Shown in pieces: positions 20,270 to 28,095 of a stretch of 33,463 nt of DNA; within the stretch, counting starts at the first letter, position 1; the number at the start of each line of letters is the position of its first letter. The position numbers were made by a program, and so were the translations under genes. The stretch comes from a virus. Lineage: Duplodnaviria > Heunggongvirae > Uroviricota > Caudoviricetes. The notes beneath the pieces were generated by a model that was not told the origin of the DNA, did not search any database, and was given only the letters and a program-made list of their open reading frames with translations. The stretch spans positions 1 through 33,463 of the IMG/VR virus record IMGVR_UViG_2548876860_000012, one strand, 5' to 3'.

Positions 20270-21265
20270 TTACGCCAGTACGCCTATTGCCAGCGCATGA
20301 TCGATAAAACGAAATATCAGCTCCAGCTGGGAGCCATACTTCTCTTCAAATGCCACGGTATTCGCATGCAGCTCGTCGTGATGCTTTCTGCACAAAGGCA
20401 ACACAAAGAGGTCATGCGCTTTAGTACCCATTCCACCCTGACCGTGACCTATCAGGTGGTGGGGATCATCAGCAGGCTTACCACAACATGCACACGGCTG
20501 TGTCTTAACCCAGCGCGTGTACTTTTCATTAACCCAGCGGCGACGTTTTGGGCGTAACATAAAAGACTCCGGCGACTCCGGATCCACTTTCAGCGCCAGC
20601 ACCTTTTTCGCTTTATCCTGGATAATGCTGGTGGCAGGAACCGAAGGCACAAGGTCACTCTCCCGGGTGACAGACAGCACAACAGGCCTCGGTAATCTCA
20701 GTGCCTTACGGGCTGCACTTTCCGGTAAGGCATCAGCCAGGTCATTACGAACCAGCCACCAGCACAGTTCCGGCATTGTCACAACGTGGCTATCATCAAA
20801 ACCGAGATCACGGCGCACAACAGATAACACCCAGCTGGCACAGTTATCCGTTGCCATTGATTCCAGCCGTTCCGTGAACTGATCGCGCAACTGGTTATCG
20901 CAGTGCCAGCACAGACGGATTGCGCCCGGCGCGTGCCGCATTGTGGTCATGTTCTCGCTGTGCCAGTCGGAATGAGGCCACTGGCAGCCTTTTTCACGAA
21001 GTAACCAGCTTTCAAGACATTCCACGCCACCAGCACGACGGATCACTGCCTCATTGCGGAACACGGCCCGAACGGCAGGATCATCCGCCAGCGGTTGTGA
21101 TGCCGCCGGAACGGCACCACTGGCGAAAGATGAATAACGCTCCGGCTCAGGCTCCAGCAGGACACGCCCCTGCATAAACAGGGGCATCAGCTCTGAACCT
21201 GGCCTGAACAATACGATCCCCATACGCGGGGCAATTTCAGGGGTTAGTAGTGCTCTCACGGTCAC
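20270..21265 (-). CDS. DUF968-like protein with C-terminal HNH-like Cys/His motif
   Basis: 331-aa ORF; C-terminus CACCGKPADDPHHLIGHG...LCRKHHDELH. Sits in the nin-region position between the antirepressor and Q. Confidence 0.5.
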   Translation of the reverse strand: MTVRALLTPEIAPRMGIVLFRPGSELMPLFMQGRVLLEPEPERYSSFASGAVPAASQPLADDPAVRAVFRNEAVIRRAGGVECLESWLLREKGCQWPHSDWHSENMTTMRHAPGAIRLCWHCDNQLRDQFTERLESMATDNCASWVLSVVRRDLGFDDSHVVTMPELCWWLVRNDLADALPESAARKALRLPRPVVLSVTRESDLVPSVPATSIIQDKAKKVLALKVDPESPESFMLRPKRRRWVNEKYTRWVKTQPCACCGKPADDPHHLIGHGQGGMGTKAHDLFVLPLCRKHHDELHANTVAFEEKYGSQLELIFRFIDHALAIGVLA

Positions 21266-21266
21266 C

Positions 21267-22064
21267 TCAATGAACGGTATCGAGCAGCTTTAACAGCTCA
21301 GGGAATCGGGATTCGAAGAAATGCGGCTGCGTCTCGCGCGGATTTGCGGGACTGGTGATGTTCTTGCCGAACATGCAGCCTTTCGCTGTCAGCGACCAGA
21401 ATTTTTTGATGTTGTTAATCGCGGTACGGCTGTATCGTTCGCGTTGTTCAACGATCCCCAGCTTCGCCATCTGGTGATATGCCTGATTAGCCGTCAGGCA
21501 GATACCATACTGTTTCAACAGTGCACTCAGTGACAGTGTCGGGCGACTTGAGCCATCAGGCGCGTCAGCAGGAGCATCAATGGCATAGCGCGGTGCCAGA
21601 TTTGGTAAGCCAACAGCCTCCTGGAGTTTCTGACAGGCCCCAAGCACAGATGAGTTAGACAGGTTTAACTCCCGACGCATAAAGTCCAGCAGAATCACGC
21701 CAGCCTGCATCTTGTCAGCAGCCTGTCCGGATAATTTTTCCGGTGCGCTGGTTACCATGTCGAAAGTACGGATCACCTTCAGATGGAATGACGGGCTGAT
21801 CCACATTGCATAGGCATACACCAGTTCCTTACAGACATACGTCCCCTGATTATTTCCGCCGCGAATAACGTTAACTGGCTCTATATTGACCGAGTTGCAA
21901 ATCTGCAACTCGCTTATTAAACGTTCAGTTTGCTCATTGCGGAGCCAGAATGCAGGCTTATGCTTATCCAGAGAACCGGCAGCCCTGTGCAGATCGTTCA
22001 GGCTGTAACGCCCATAAGCATCACGACGAACTTCAATACCATCAATGACCATCAGATTATTCAT
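21267..22064 (-). CDS. KilA-N domain antirepressor-like protein
   Basis: 265-aa ORF with a KilA-N-like N-terminus (MVIDGIEVRRDAYGRYSLNDLHRAAG...KPAFWLRNEQTERLI). Confidence 0.65.
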   Translation of the reverse strand: MNNLMVIDGIEVRRDAYGRYSLNDLHRAAGSLDKHKPAFWLRNEQTERLISELQICNSVNIEPVNVIRGGNNQGTYVCKELVYAYAMWISPSFHLKVIRTFDMVTSAPEKLSGQAADKMQAGVILLDFMRRELNLSNSSVLGACQKLQEAVGLPNLAPRYAIDAPADAPDGSSRPTLSLSALLKQYGICLTANQAYHQMAKLGIVEQRERYSRTAINNIKKFWSLTAKGCMFGKNITSPANPRETQPHFFESRFPELLKLLDTVH

Positions 22065-22083
22065 ACTTCGTTTCTCCTTTTAA

Positions 22084-22473
22084 TCAGGCGGCTGCACCCG
22101 CCGTTTTCTCGTACTTACTGATAGTGATCTCGACCTTCCCTTCCGGGATAACCGGTCCCCACTCCACCAGCATTCTTTTCACCTGACTGTCGTCTTCCCA
22201 CACACCCGCGTGGGTCAGGGCGTCAAACAGCGCCTTGTTATAGTTGTCCAGATCGCGGATCCGGTTATCCGGTGGAAACAACACGATCTCCACTGCAGCA
22301 GGTGCCGACGTTGGTTTCGGCAGACGACGTAACTGCTCAACTATTGCTGTGCACGCCGCGCTCTGGAATTTTCGCCCCGCCGTGCTTATCAGGCTCTTAC
22401 CAGCAAACGCCCCTTTGTTGGGGTGTCGCCAGTACGTGTTCACGCTGGGCGGAAAAGGCAGAATAAGCTTCAT
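22084..22473 (-). CDS. rusA: Holliday junction resolvase RusA
   Basis: 129-aa ORF; DLDNYNKALFDALTHAGVWEDDSQV matches the RusA catalytic core (DLDNL.KA.FDALT.AG.W.DD.QV). Confidence 0.85.
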   Translation of the reverse strand: MKLILPFPPSVNTYWRHPNKGAFAGKSLISTAGRKFQSAACTAIVEQLRRLPKPTSAPAAVEIVLFPPDNRIRDLDNYNKALFDALTHAGVWEDDSQVKRMLVEWGPVIPEGKVEITISKYEKTAGAAA

Positions 22474-22829
22474 ACTTTCAGGCCCCTCTCATGTAACCAG
22501 TGGGCTGCACGCAGCCTGGCGTTTTCCTCACCGGCAAGCAGTGAGCGGATAATCCCGACCGCCTCGCTGTCGTCGTCCTTCACCGCGGTATGAAGCGTTA
22601 TCCCCCGGGCCACGCCACGCTTTATCGTGATGACGCCTTTTTTCTCCAGCGCACGAAGATGCTCCACCGCTGCATTCACCGAACGGTATCCCAGCATGGT
22701 TGCCACCTCCTGATTGGTTGGCGGGAAGCCACGTTCTTTCTGATAAGAAATCAGCATATCCAGCACCTGCTGCTGGCATTGAGTTAACGTCGTCATTAAG
22801 CCCCCACGTAATTCCCTGACAGATACCAC
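22470..22829 (-). CDS. LexA N-terminal DNA-binding-domain-like protein without S24 peptidase domain
   Basis: LTQCQQQVLDMLISYQKERGFPPTNQEVATMLGYRSVNAAVEHLRALEKKGVITIKRGVARGITL parallels the LexA N-terminal domain; the ORF ends after about 119 aa with no protease domain. Confidence 0.6.
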   Translation of the reverse strand: MVSVRELRGGLMTTLTQCQQQVLDMLISYQKERGFPPTNQEVATMLGYRSVNAAVEHLRALEKKGVITIKRGVARGITLHTAVKDDDSEAVGIIRSLLAGEENARLRAAHWLHERGLKV

Positions 22830-23290
22830 TCTTCACCCGATGCAGCGCGCTTGCTTCTTTTCCGTAAGCACCGCTCACGACGCGCCAGAAAATTGTTTCG
22901 TTCTGGCTGGGAGTGGCTTTCACGGAATGCCGCCATCCACACCGTTGCAGCACGACGGTATAAGCCCCTGGACTCCAGTTCTTCAGCCTGGCGGGTCAGG
23001 CACAAAATCACCCGGGGATCGTTAGTGCCGACATAGAAATTGCGCACAGGTCTGGTTTCACGAACTGGTTGTGGTTCCGACTCCTGCGCTCTCTCAGTCA
23101 GGCGCGGGAAATGTCTGCGTGTATCTCCTTCACAACGGTGAGCCACACGCCCACTCTGACGTAACTTGCTTGCTGACTGCAGAACGCGCTGCCGTGAGTA
23201 ACCTGCAAAAGCATCCGCAATGTCTCCGGAAGTACAGCCCGGATGGGCTTCAATGAATTTCTGAACGTCATTCAAAAGACTCATGCTCAC
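22796..23290 (-). CDS. Putative PerC/ANR-like regulator
   Basis: 164-aa basic ORF; the segment AEELESRGLYRRAATVWMAAF resembles PerC-family motifs. Weak call. Confidence 0.3.
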   Translation of the reverse strand: MSMSLLNDVQKFIEAHPGCTSGDIADAFAGYSRQRVLQSASKLRQSGRVAHRCEGDTRRHFPRLTERAQESEPQPVRETRPVRNFYVGTNDPRVILCLTRQAEELESRGLYRRAATVWMAAFRESHSQPERNNFLARRERCLRKRSKRAASGEEWYLSGNYVGA

Positions 23291-24228
23291 CCCCTGAATC
23301 CTGCCGGGATCTGGCTGTAGTCCACATTGTCGTAACTGGCTTTGAAGTACGGGTCTTCGCGTTTTTCTGTGTACGTGCTGACGGACGGCGATAAGCGCAG
23401 GGAAAGCTCATCCCATTTTTCCCGCAGCTTCGACGGGCTGAGCACGTTACGGCACCAGAACGGATCGCGGCTGACGCGGCTGTACATCTCGCAGATTTGT
23501 TTGTGAGTACGACCATCCTGCACACACATCAGGCGTATTTCGTTTGCCCATGCTGTCCAGTTCGGTTCTTTGGGACGTACCACTTCGCCGTCACATTCGG
23601 CGGCCTGCTCGTACAGAGCGATGATTTTTTTCCAGAGCCACTGTGCGCAGGTCAAATCATCCTGCGTCCCCCACTGGCGCTTTTTAGGGCTGAATACAAC
23701 CGCATCAGGATGGCGAGTTAAAAAATCCTGTTCAGCCGTCTGCGTGTCCGGTTGCGAAGCGTCCGGACGAGAAGGTTTTTTATCTGACGGATCATGTTTT
23801 GATTTTACTGACGGATCCCCGCCAGATTCTGACGGGTGAAAACCCGCTTTTTTGCCAGATTTCGACGCATCAAATTTTGACGGGTCAGATTTTGATGCGT
23901 CAGATTTTGACGGGTCAGAATCTGACAGTTGAGAAAATGCCGCTGCCTGAAGCTTCGCAACGTTAAGCTGATAAACATTCGACGCATTGCGGTTACCCTG
24001 GCGACGCGCCTTACGCGTTAACCAGCCTTCTGCTTCCAGCCGTGCGATAGCCGTTCTGACGGTACTCATTCCCGCGCCAATCTGGCGGGCAATGGTTTCA
24101 ATTGATGGCCAGCACACACCTTCGTCATTACTGAAATCAGCCAGGCGGGCCATAATTGCCACGCTGGATAATTTCATGCCTGATGCAGCGCAACCATCCC
24201 ATACATAGCCGGTTAATTTAGTGCTCAT
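23287..24228 (-). CDS. Replication initiation protein (O-like) with iteron-encoded linker
   Basis: 313-aa ORF with an HTH-like N-terminus, an internal repetitive linker (DPSKSDASKSDPSKFDASKS) encoded by 15-bp DNA repeats, and a C-terminal domain. Confidence 0.65.
   Translation of the reverse strand: MSTKLTGYVWDGCAASGMKLSSVAIMARLADFSNDEGVCWPSIETIARQIGAGMSTVRTAIARLEAEGWLTRKARRQGNRNASNVYQLNVAKLQAAAFSQLSDSDPSKSDASKSDPSKFDASKSGKKAGFHPSESGGDPSVKSKHDPSDKKPSRPDASQPDTQTAEQDFLTRHPDAVVFSPKKRQWGTQDDLTCAQWLWKKIIALYEQAAECDGEVVRPKEPNWTAWANEIRLMCVQDGRTHKQICEMYSRVSRDPFWCRNVLSPSKLREKWDELSLRLSPSVSTYTEKREDPYFKASYDNVDYSQIPAGFRG
23783..23930. repeat. Iteron-like direct repeats (candidate replication origin) inside the replication gene
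   Basis: About eight copies of a TGACGG(G/A)TCA-like core (tctgacggatca, actgacggatcc, tctgacgggtga, ttcgacgcatca, tttgacgggtca, tttgatgcgtca, tttgacgggtca, tctgacagttga); the last four are at 15-bp period. Confidence 0.6.
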
Positions 24229-24237
24229 GACCGACCT

Positions 24238-24576
24238 CTATTTCCCTGAATTTACGACGAAACTGTTCGAGCGGGCTGAAGCACTCATGCTCATAGCCTT
24301 CGCGGAGGTAGATAACACGTTGTGTTTCCGGCTCCCAACGAATGACTCTGACGGGCACTCCGTAGTGATCTTTGAACCAGCGGTTAACTTGTCGCAAAGG
24401 ACTGTCTCCTTCTGCCGGTTGAAATCACCCACAGCCCACTCTGCAAAGCTGTGGGTTACAATTTCCCTGTCACCTGGTACATTTACTGCATAGCAATACT
24501 CCACCTTCGCTTTTCCACCCGGTACAGGAAGCGCAATCAGTTGCGAGCGACGGTAGTGTGTTGTTAAACTGTTCAT
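24238..24576 (-). CDS. Hypothetical early protein; frame ambiguity near the 3' end
   Basis: 112-aa track ORF. A different frame over the 3' half gives a more protein-like product ([45 protein letters not shown]) with no ATG start. Confidence 0.3.
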   Translation of the reverse strand: MNSLTTHYRRSQLIALPVPGGKAKVEYCYAVNVPGDREIVTHSFAEWAVGDFNRQKETVLCDKLTAGSKITTECPSESFVGSRKHNVLSTSAKAMSMSASARSNSFVVNSGK

Positions 24577-25235
24577 GCGTTAGTTTCTCCACAGTCACGA
24601 CACGCCACGGCGCCCGGAGCTGCACACTCGCGGGCGTCACTACTTTCTGAAACGCAAAAGATTTTGTAGACCAGAGCTGCATGCTCCTGCAGCTTCGAAA
24701 TTGAGAGGTACAGCTCATCGTTAATTGCTGTCTTCTCATGCGGTTCCACCACACCGTCTTCAATTGCTGAACGAATCTGTCTGGAATAACTGCCGATCTG
24801 TTCAATGACTTCCAGCAGACGCTGGTTAATATCGGCATTGTCCACATCCTCGACGTCAGGAAGAGACACAAAGATGCCATTTGCAGACTGCGCCACAGCG
24901 TCAGCAATGAAGTGAGTTCCACCAGCACGTTGCAAAATCATTGCCCATCCCAGCGGGAAAATCTGATCGCCATCGGCACGAAGGCGGTTAAATAATGCGT
25001 TTTCTGTTACGTCCAGCCAGTCAGCAGCTTCAGCGTAACCCCCCGGCAACGCTGCGATAGTTTTTCTGACAGCTTTCACGTACCACTCAGGCTGTTTTTC
25101 TACTTTCCAGTGATGCTTACCCACGGTTAACTCCTCGTTTCTGTGGTTACGTTTACGCAGCTGAACCGCTAACTTTTGAATAGCACTCAGGTAATCCATC
25201 ATTTGGATTGGGGTAAATATCAGGACGCAGTTCAT
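24573..25235 (-). CDS. Early regulatory protein (CII-like/YdaT-like, tentative)
   Basis: 220-aa ORF directly downstream of cro-like; its 5' end overlaps cro by 83 nt, so the true start is probably internal. Confidence 0.35.
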   Translation of the reverse strand: MNCVLIFTPIQMMDYLSAIQKLAVQLRKRNHRNEELTVGKHHWKVEKQPEWYVKAVRKTIAALPGGYAEAADWLDVTENALFNRLRADGDQIFPLGWAMILQRAGGTHFIADAVAQSANGIFVSLPDVEDVDNADINQRLLEVIEQIGSYSRQIRSAIEDGVVEPHEKTAINDELYLSISKLQEHAALVYKIFCVSESSDARECAAPGAVACRDCGETNA

Positions 25236-25416
25236 GAGGGGTCACGGACCAGTTTCCCAACTCACAAAGTTGTAAAACCCGTTCTGACGGGACTTGATTG
25301 TTAATTACCCAATTAGCGACGGATTGAGTGGACTTAAAACCAAAGTGACGGGCTACTTCAGATAAAGATTTTCCCGCAGCTTTTACTGCTTTCTCTGTGT
25401 AGTTTTGAGATGACAT
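25153..25416 (-). CDS. Cro-like HTH regulator
   Basis: 87-aa ORF transcribed divergently from the CI gene, with GGAGGAG Shine-Dalgarno upstream and an HTH-like segment (SLSEVARHFGFKSTQSVANWV). Confidence 0.7.
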   Translation of the reverse strand: MSSQNYTEKAVKAAGKSLSEVARHFGFKSTQSVANWVINNQVPSERVLQLCELGNWSVTPHELRPDIYPNPNDGLPECYSKVSGSAA

Positions 25417-25532
25417 ACCTTTCTCCTCCGAAATTCAGAGGGATGATGCTACTTAAAATAGCAAAATGCAACTACTTAAAATAGAAATGACTAGCGTATG
25501 TGATGCGAGTAATCTTCTACCTATGGTAGAAG
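25417..25532. promoter_or_regulatory. Divergent immunity promoter/operator region (OR-like)
   Basis: Two copies of the 13-mer CTACTTAAAATAG 23 bp apart (25449-25461 and 25472-25484) between cro-like and cI-like genes, plus an inverted repeat CTTCTACC-TAT-GGTAGAAG at 25514-25532. Confidence 0.6.
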
Positions 25533-26227
25533 AACAGAAGTATCCAGATTTCGCCAAGAGACTAAACGAGCTAATGACAAACAAGGGAATTTCTGTCACC
25601 CAACTCAAAAGTCTTGTGGGCGTTACATATGAAATGGCGCGGCGATACACAATCGGCGCTGCGAAGCCTCGTGCCTCTGTCATGAATAAACTTGCATTGG
25701 CTCTGGGGGTATCAGCTTCATATTTAGAATATGGTGTTGGCGAGAGAGAAGGATGTAAGGAAATGGCAAGCATCCCCAATCCAACAAAACCCGATGTATA
25801 CAGGATAGAAGTTTTGGATCTTAGCGTTAGCGCAGGACCTGGGACCTATATGCTTTCAGACTATGTTGATGTGCTCTACGCCATTGAGTTCACAACAGAG
25901 CATGCCCGTTCTCTTTTCGGTAATCGTTCTCAAGATGATATTAAAGTTATGACTGTAAATGGCGACAGCATGTCCCCTACTCTAGTTTCCGGAGATCGAC
26001 TGTTTGTCGACATTTCTGTTCGCAACTTCCAAACTGATGGTGTTTACTCTTTCGTTTATGGTAAGACGTTCCACGTTAAACGTCTACAAATGCAAGGCAA
26101 CAAACTCGCCGTTCTTTCGGATAATCCAGCCTATGAGAAATGGTACATTGATGAGAAGTCCCAAGATCAACTTTATGTTATGGGCAAAGCATTGATACAC
26201 GAATCAATTAAATACAACCGGCTTTAG
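25466..26227 (+). CDS. CI-type prophage repressor (HTH plus S24 LexA-like peptidase domain)
   Basis: 253-aa ORF with an HTH N-terminus (ISVTQLKSLVGVTYEMARRY) and S24 motif VNGDSMSPTL. Start is ambiguous (25466 or the internal ATG at 25523). Confidence 0.8.
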   Translation: MQLLKIEMTSVCDASNLLPMVEEQKYPDFAKRLNELMTNKGISVTQLKSLVGVTYEMARRYTIGAAKPRASVMNKLALALGVSASYLEYGVGEREGCKEMASIPNPTKPDVYRIEVLDLSVSAGPGTYMLSDYVDVLYAIEFTTEHARSLFGNRSQDDIKVMTVNGDSMSPTLVSGDRLFVDISVRNFQTDGVYSFVYGKTFHVKRLQMQGNKLAVLSDNPAYEKWYIDEKSQDQLYVMGKALIHESIKYNRL

Positions 26228-26397
26228 TTCTTCATTTAGACTATAGAACTAAAGGTAAAAAAATAATATTTAGCAAGCAAGTGCTATTACTAATAGTTGT
26301 TTTACTCTCTTATTTTTATTAAACATTATCATTAACAATATAAAATAATTACCCAGCGTAAATTACAATATGCTGGGGGTCGAAAGGATAGAGAAAC

Positions 26398-27474
26398 ATG
26401 ACAAAATCAATTTGTTTTTTTAATCATAAAGGTGGGGTAAGTAAAACCACAACAACCTTCAATCTTGGATGGGCACTTGCGGATGAAGGCAAGAAAGTAT
26501 TGATGGTTGACCTTGATTCGCAATGTAATCTAACAGGAATGGTTCTTGGCTATGAAAAGATTGATGAGGGTTTAGATTCTTTTTATTCTAGCAGAGATAA
26601 CTTAACTCTTGGACCTATTGTAGAATATTTGATTAATGGCGGACAACCTGAAGCATACCTTGAAAAAGAAACGGGAAAATTACACCCTACACTGCATGAA
26701 AACCTTCTGCTTCTTCCCGGACATTTAGATGTTTCGGACTTAGATTCACAGATAAGTGTTTCTCTAAAAATTGCTGCTGGTATTCCTGCTACAAGAAATA
26801 TACCAGGGAACCTGCCAAAAATATTACAGCTAATCGCCTTGAAGAATAATATTGATTACATTCTTTATGATCTCAGCCCTAATGTTGGAGGTTTAAATGA
26901 AGTAGTTCTCATGTCAAGTGACTATTTTATCGTACCTGTAGCTCCAGACTTTTTTTGCTGGCAAGCAATTCGCTCTCTCTCAAAAAATATACCTCGCTGG
27001 CACAAAGAATTAGCATTATTTAAAGAAAATAATGATGGTAACTCTTCACAATCAATTAAAAATGCACCGCAGTTTCTAGGCATGATTCAGCAGAGATACA
27101 GGCCGCGTAAAGGAGCACCTGTAAAATCTTTCGAAAAATGGATGGCAGCTATCCGTGATGCTGTTGATTCGATCTTAGTGCCAAATCTAGAAAAAATTAC
27201 CTGCATAATTCCACGAGATAAAGTGCAACATGCAATTAACAAAACAACAGTCAGTGGAGATTTATCAGCCTATGATCTTGCGCATATTTCCGATTTCAAC
27301 TCATTAATCGCAATAAGCCAACAACTAGCGACACCTGTTTTCTCCATCAGTGATCAGCAAATTCGCGATTCAGGGCAATTTGGGCATGCCTTAAATACAA
27401 TGAAATCAAGCAGAGACGCCTTTAACGAACAATTTAAAGGGCTGGCTCAACGAGTTCTAGAACTTACAAAGTAA
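26398..27474 (+). CDS. Orphan ParA/MinD-family P-loop ATPase
   Basis: 358-aa ORF with deviant Walker A (NHKGGVSKTTTTFNL), A' (VLMVDLDSQ) and B-like (IDYILYDLSPN) motifs and AAGGA Shine-Dalgarno. AT-rich; no ParB-like partner in the window. Confidence 0.7.
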   Translation: MTKSICFFNHKGGVSKTTTTFNLGWALADEGKKVLMVDLDSQCNLTGMVLGYEKIDEGLDSFYSSRDNLTLGPIVEYLINGGQPEAYLEKETGKLHPTLHENLLLLPGHLDVSDLDSQISVSLKIAAGIPATRNIPGNLPKILQLIALKNNIDYILYDLSPNVGGLNEVVLMSSDYFIVPVAPDFFCWQAIRSLSKNIPRWHKELALFKENNDGNSSQSIKNAPQFLGMIQQRYRPRKGAPVKSFEKWMAAIRDAVDSILVPNLEKITCIIPRDKVQHAINKTTVSGDLSAYDLAHISDFNSLIAISQQLATPVFSISDQQIRDSGQFGHALNTMKSSRDAFNEQFKGLAQRVLELTK

Positions 27475-27481
27475 TGCATGT

Positions 27482-27515
27482 GCCCGGCCGCATAACCGGG
27501 CTTTACTCTTCTTTC
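27482..27515 (+). terminator. Rho-independent terminator after the ParA-like gene
   Basis: GCCCGG-ccgcataa-CCGGGC hairpin followed by the T-rich tract TTTACTCTTCTTTCT, starting 8 nt after the stop codon. Confidence 0.55.
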
Positions 27516-27694
27516 TCCCTGATTAATCTCATAAAAAACTCCCTCCTCATAATTCACTATGCTCAATACCTACTCCAACTTCGTGCGATATTTTCAGTTT
27601 ACAGCATAGTAAATCAGCAAAAACATTTAACTTTCAATTAATTATAGAAAAATCATAGACAACAACAAATATCTACTTTTTGTTGTTGATTTTT

Positions 27695-27717
27695 GCTACT
27701 TTAAGTAGCAATATAAT
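27695..27717 (+). promoter_or_regulatory. OL/pL-like operator-promoter
   Basis: 15-bp palindrome GCTACTTTAAGTAGC (27695-27709), closely related to the OR repeat, immediately upstream of a perfect TATAAT (27712-27717). Confidence 0.55.
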
Positions 27718-27918
27718 GTAAGCTATCACGGACAGGCAGGACGCCCACGAAGTAGCCGCCTGGGGCATATGAAGTCCAGGATGATTCGTTGAGTCATGTT
27801 GTGCCACTAGGCACTCATGTTAAAGCAGGTGTATGAAATGAAAGTCCAGATTTTAAACAATAACTGTGAAGTCGTTTGGGCGTAAAACATGACCGCGCGT
27901 AGACCAAGGGAGGAAAAA

Positions 27919-28095
27919 GTGGGAATAGTTAGAAATCAAGCAGATATATTGAAAATCAGCTCTGAATTGCTTGGAGTTTTGAAAAGTGAGCTCACCGCAC
28001 ATGGCATCGAGCCCACTGACGAAAATTTAAGTTGGGTTTTGTCGATTATTCAACAATCACTCAAGCCCAGCCTCAGCAAACTTTTTATCGAGTAG
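27919..28095 (+). CDS. Small hypothetical protein, first ORF of the early-left operon
   Basis: Track ORF 27889-28095; preferred start is GTG at 27919, preceded by AAGGGAGG at 27906-27913. Not Arg-rich, so not N-like. Confidence 0.35.
   Translation: MGIVRNQADILKISSELLGVLKSELTAHGIEPTDENLSWVLSIIQQSLKPSLSKLFIE

Noticed and set aside
23783-23930. CRISPR array or other defence repeat
   Set aside because: The repeats are short (10-15 bp), irregularly spaced at the 5' side, have no spacers and lie inside a coding gene in frame with a peptide repeat, so iterons fit better.
19504-26227. Further minus- and plus-strand overlapping ORFs in the early region (for example 19614-19802, 20255-20557, 20517-20882, 22528-22953, 23497-23721, 23805-23987, 24221-24493, 24470-24928)
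   Set aside because: They are embedded out of frame or antisense within better-supported genes and lack translation-initiation signals.
26398-27474. Plasmid-type partition locus (ParA with ParB and parS)
   Set aside because: No ParB-like ORF or centromere-like repeat array follows; the gene is followed directly by a terminator and the pL operator, and the element carries integrase and excisionase.
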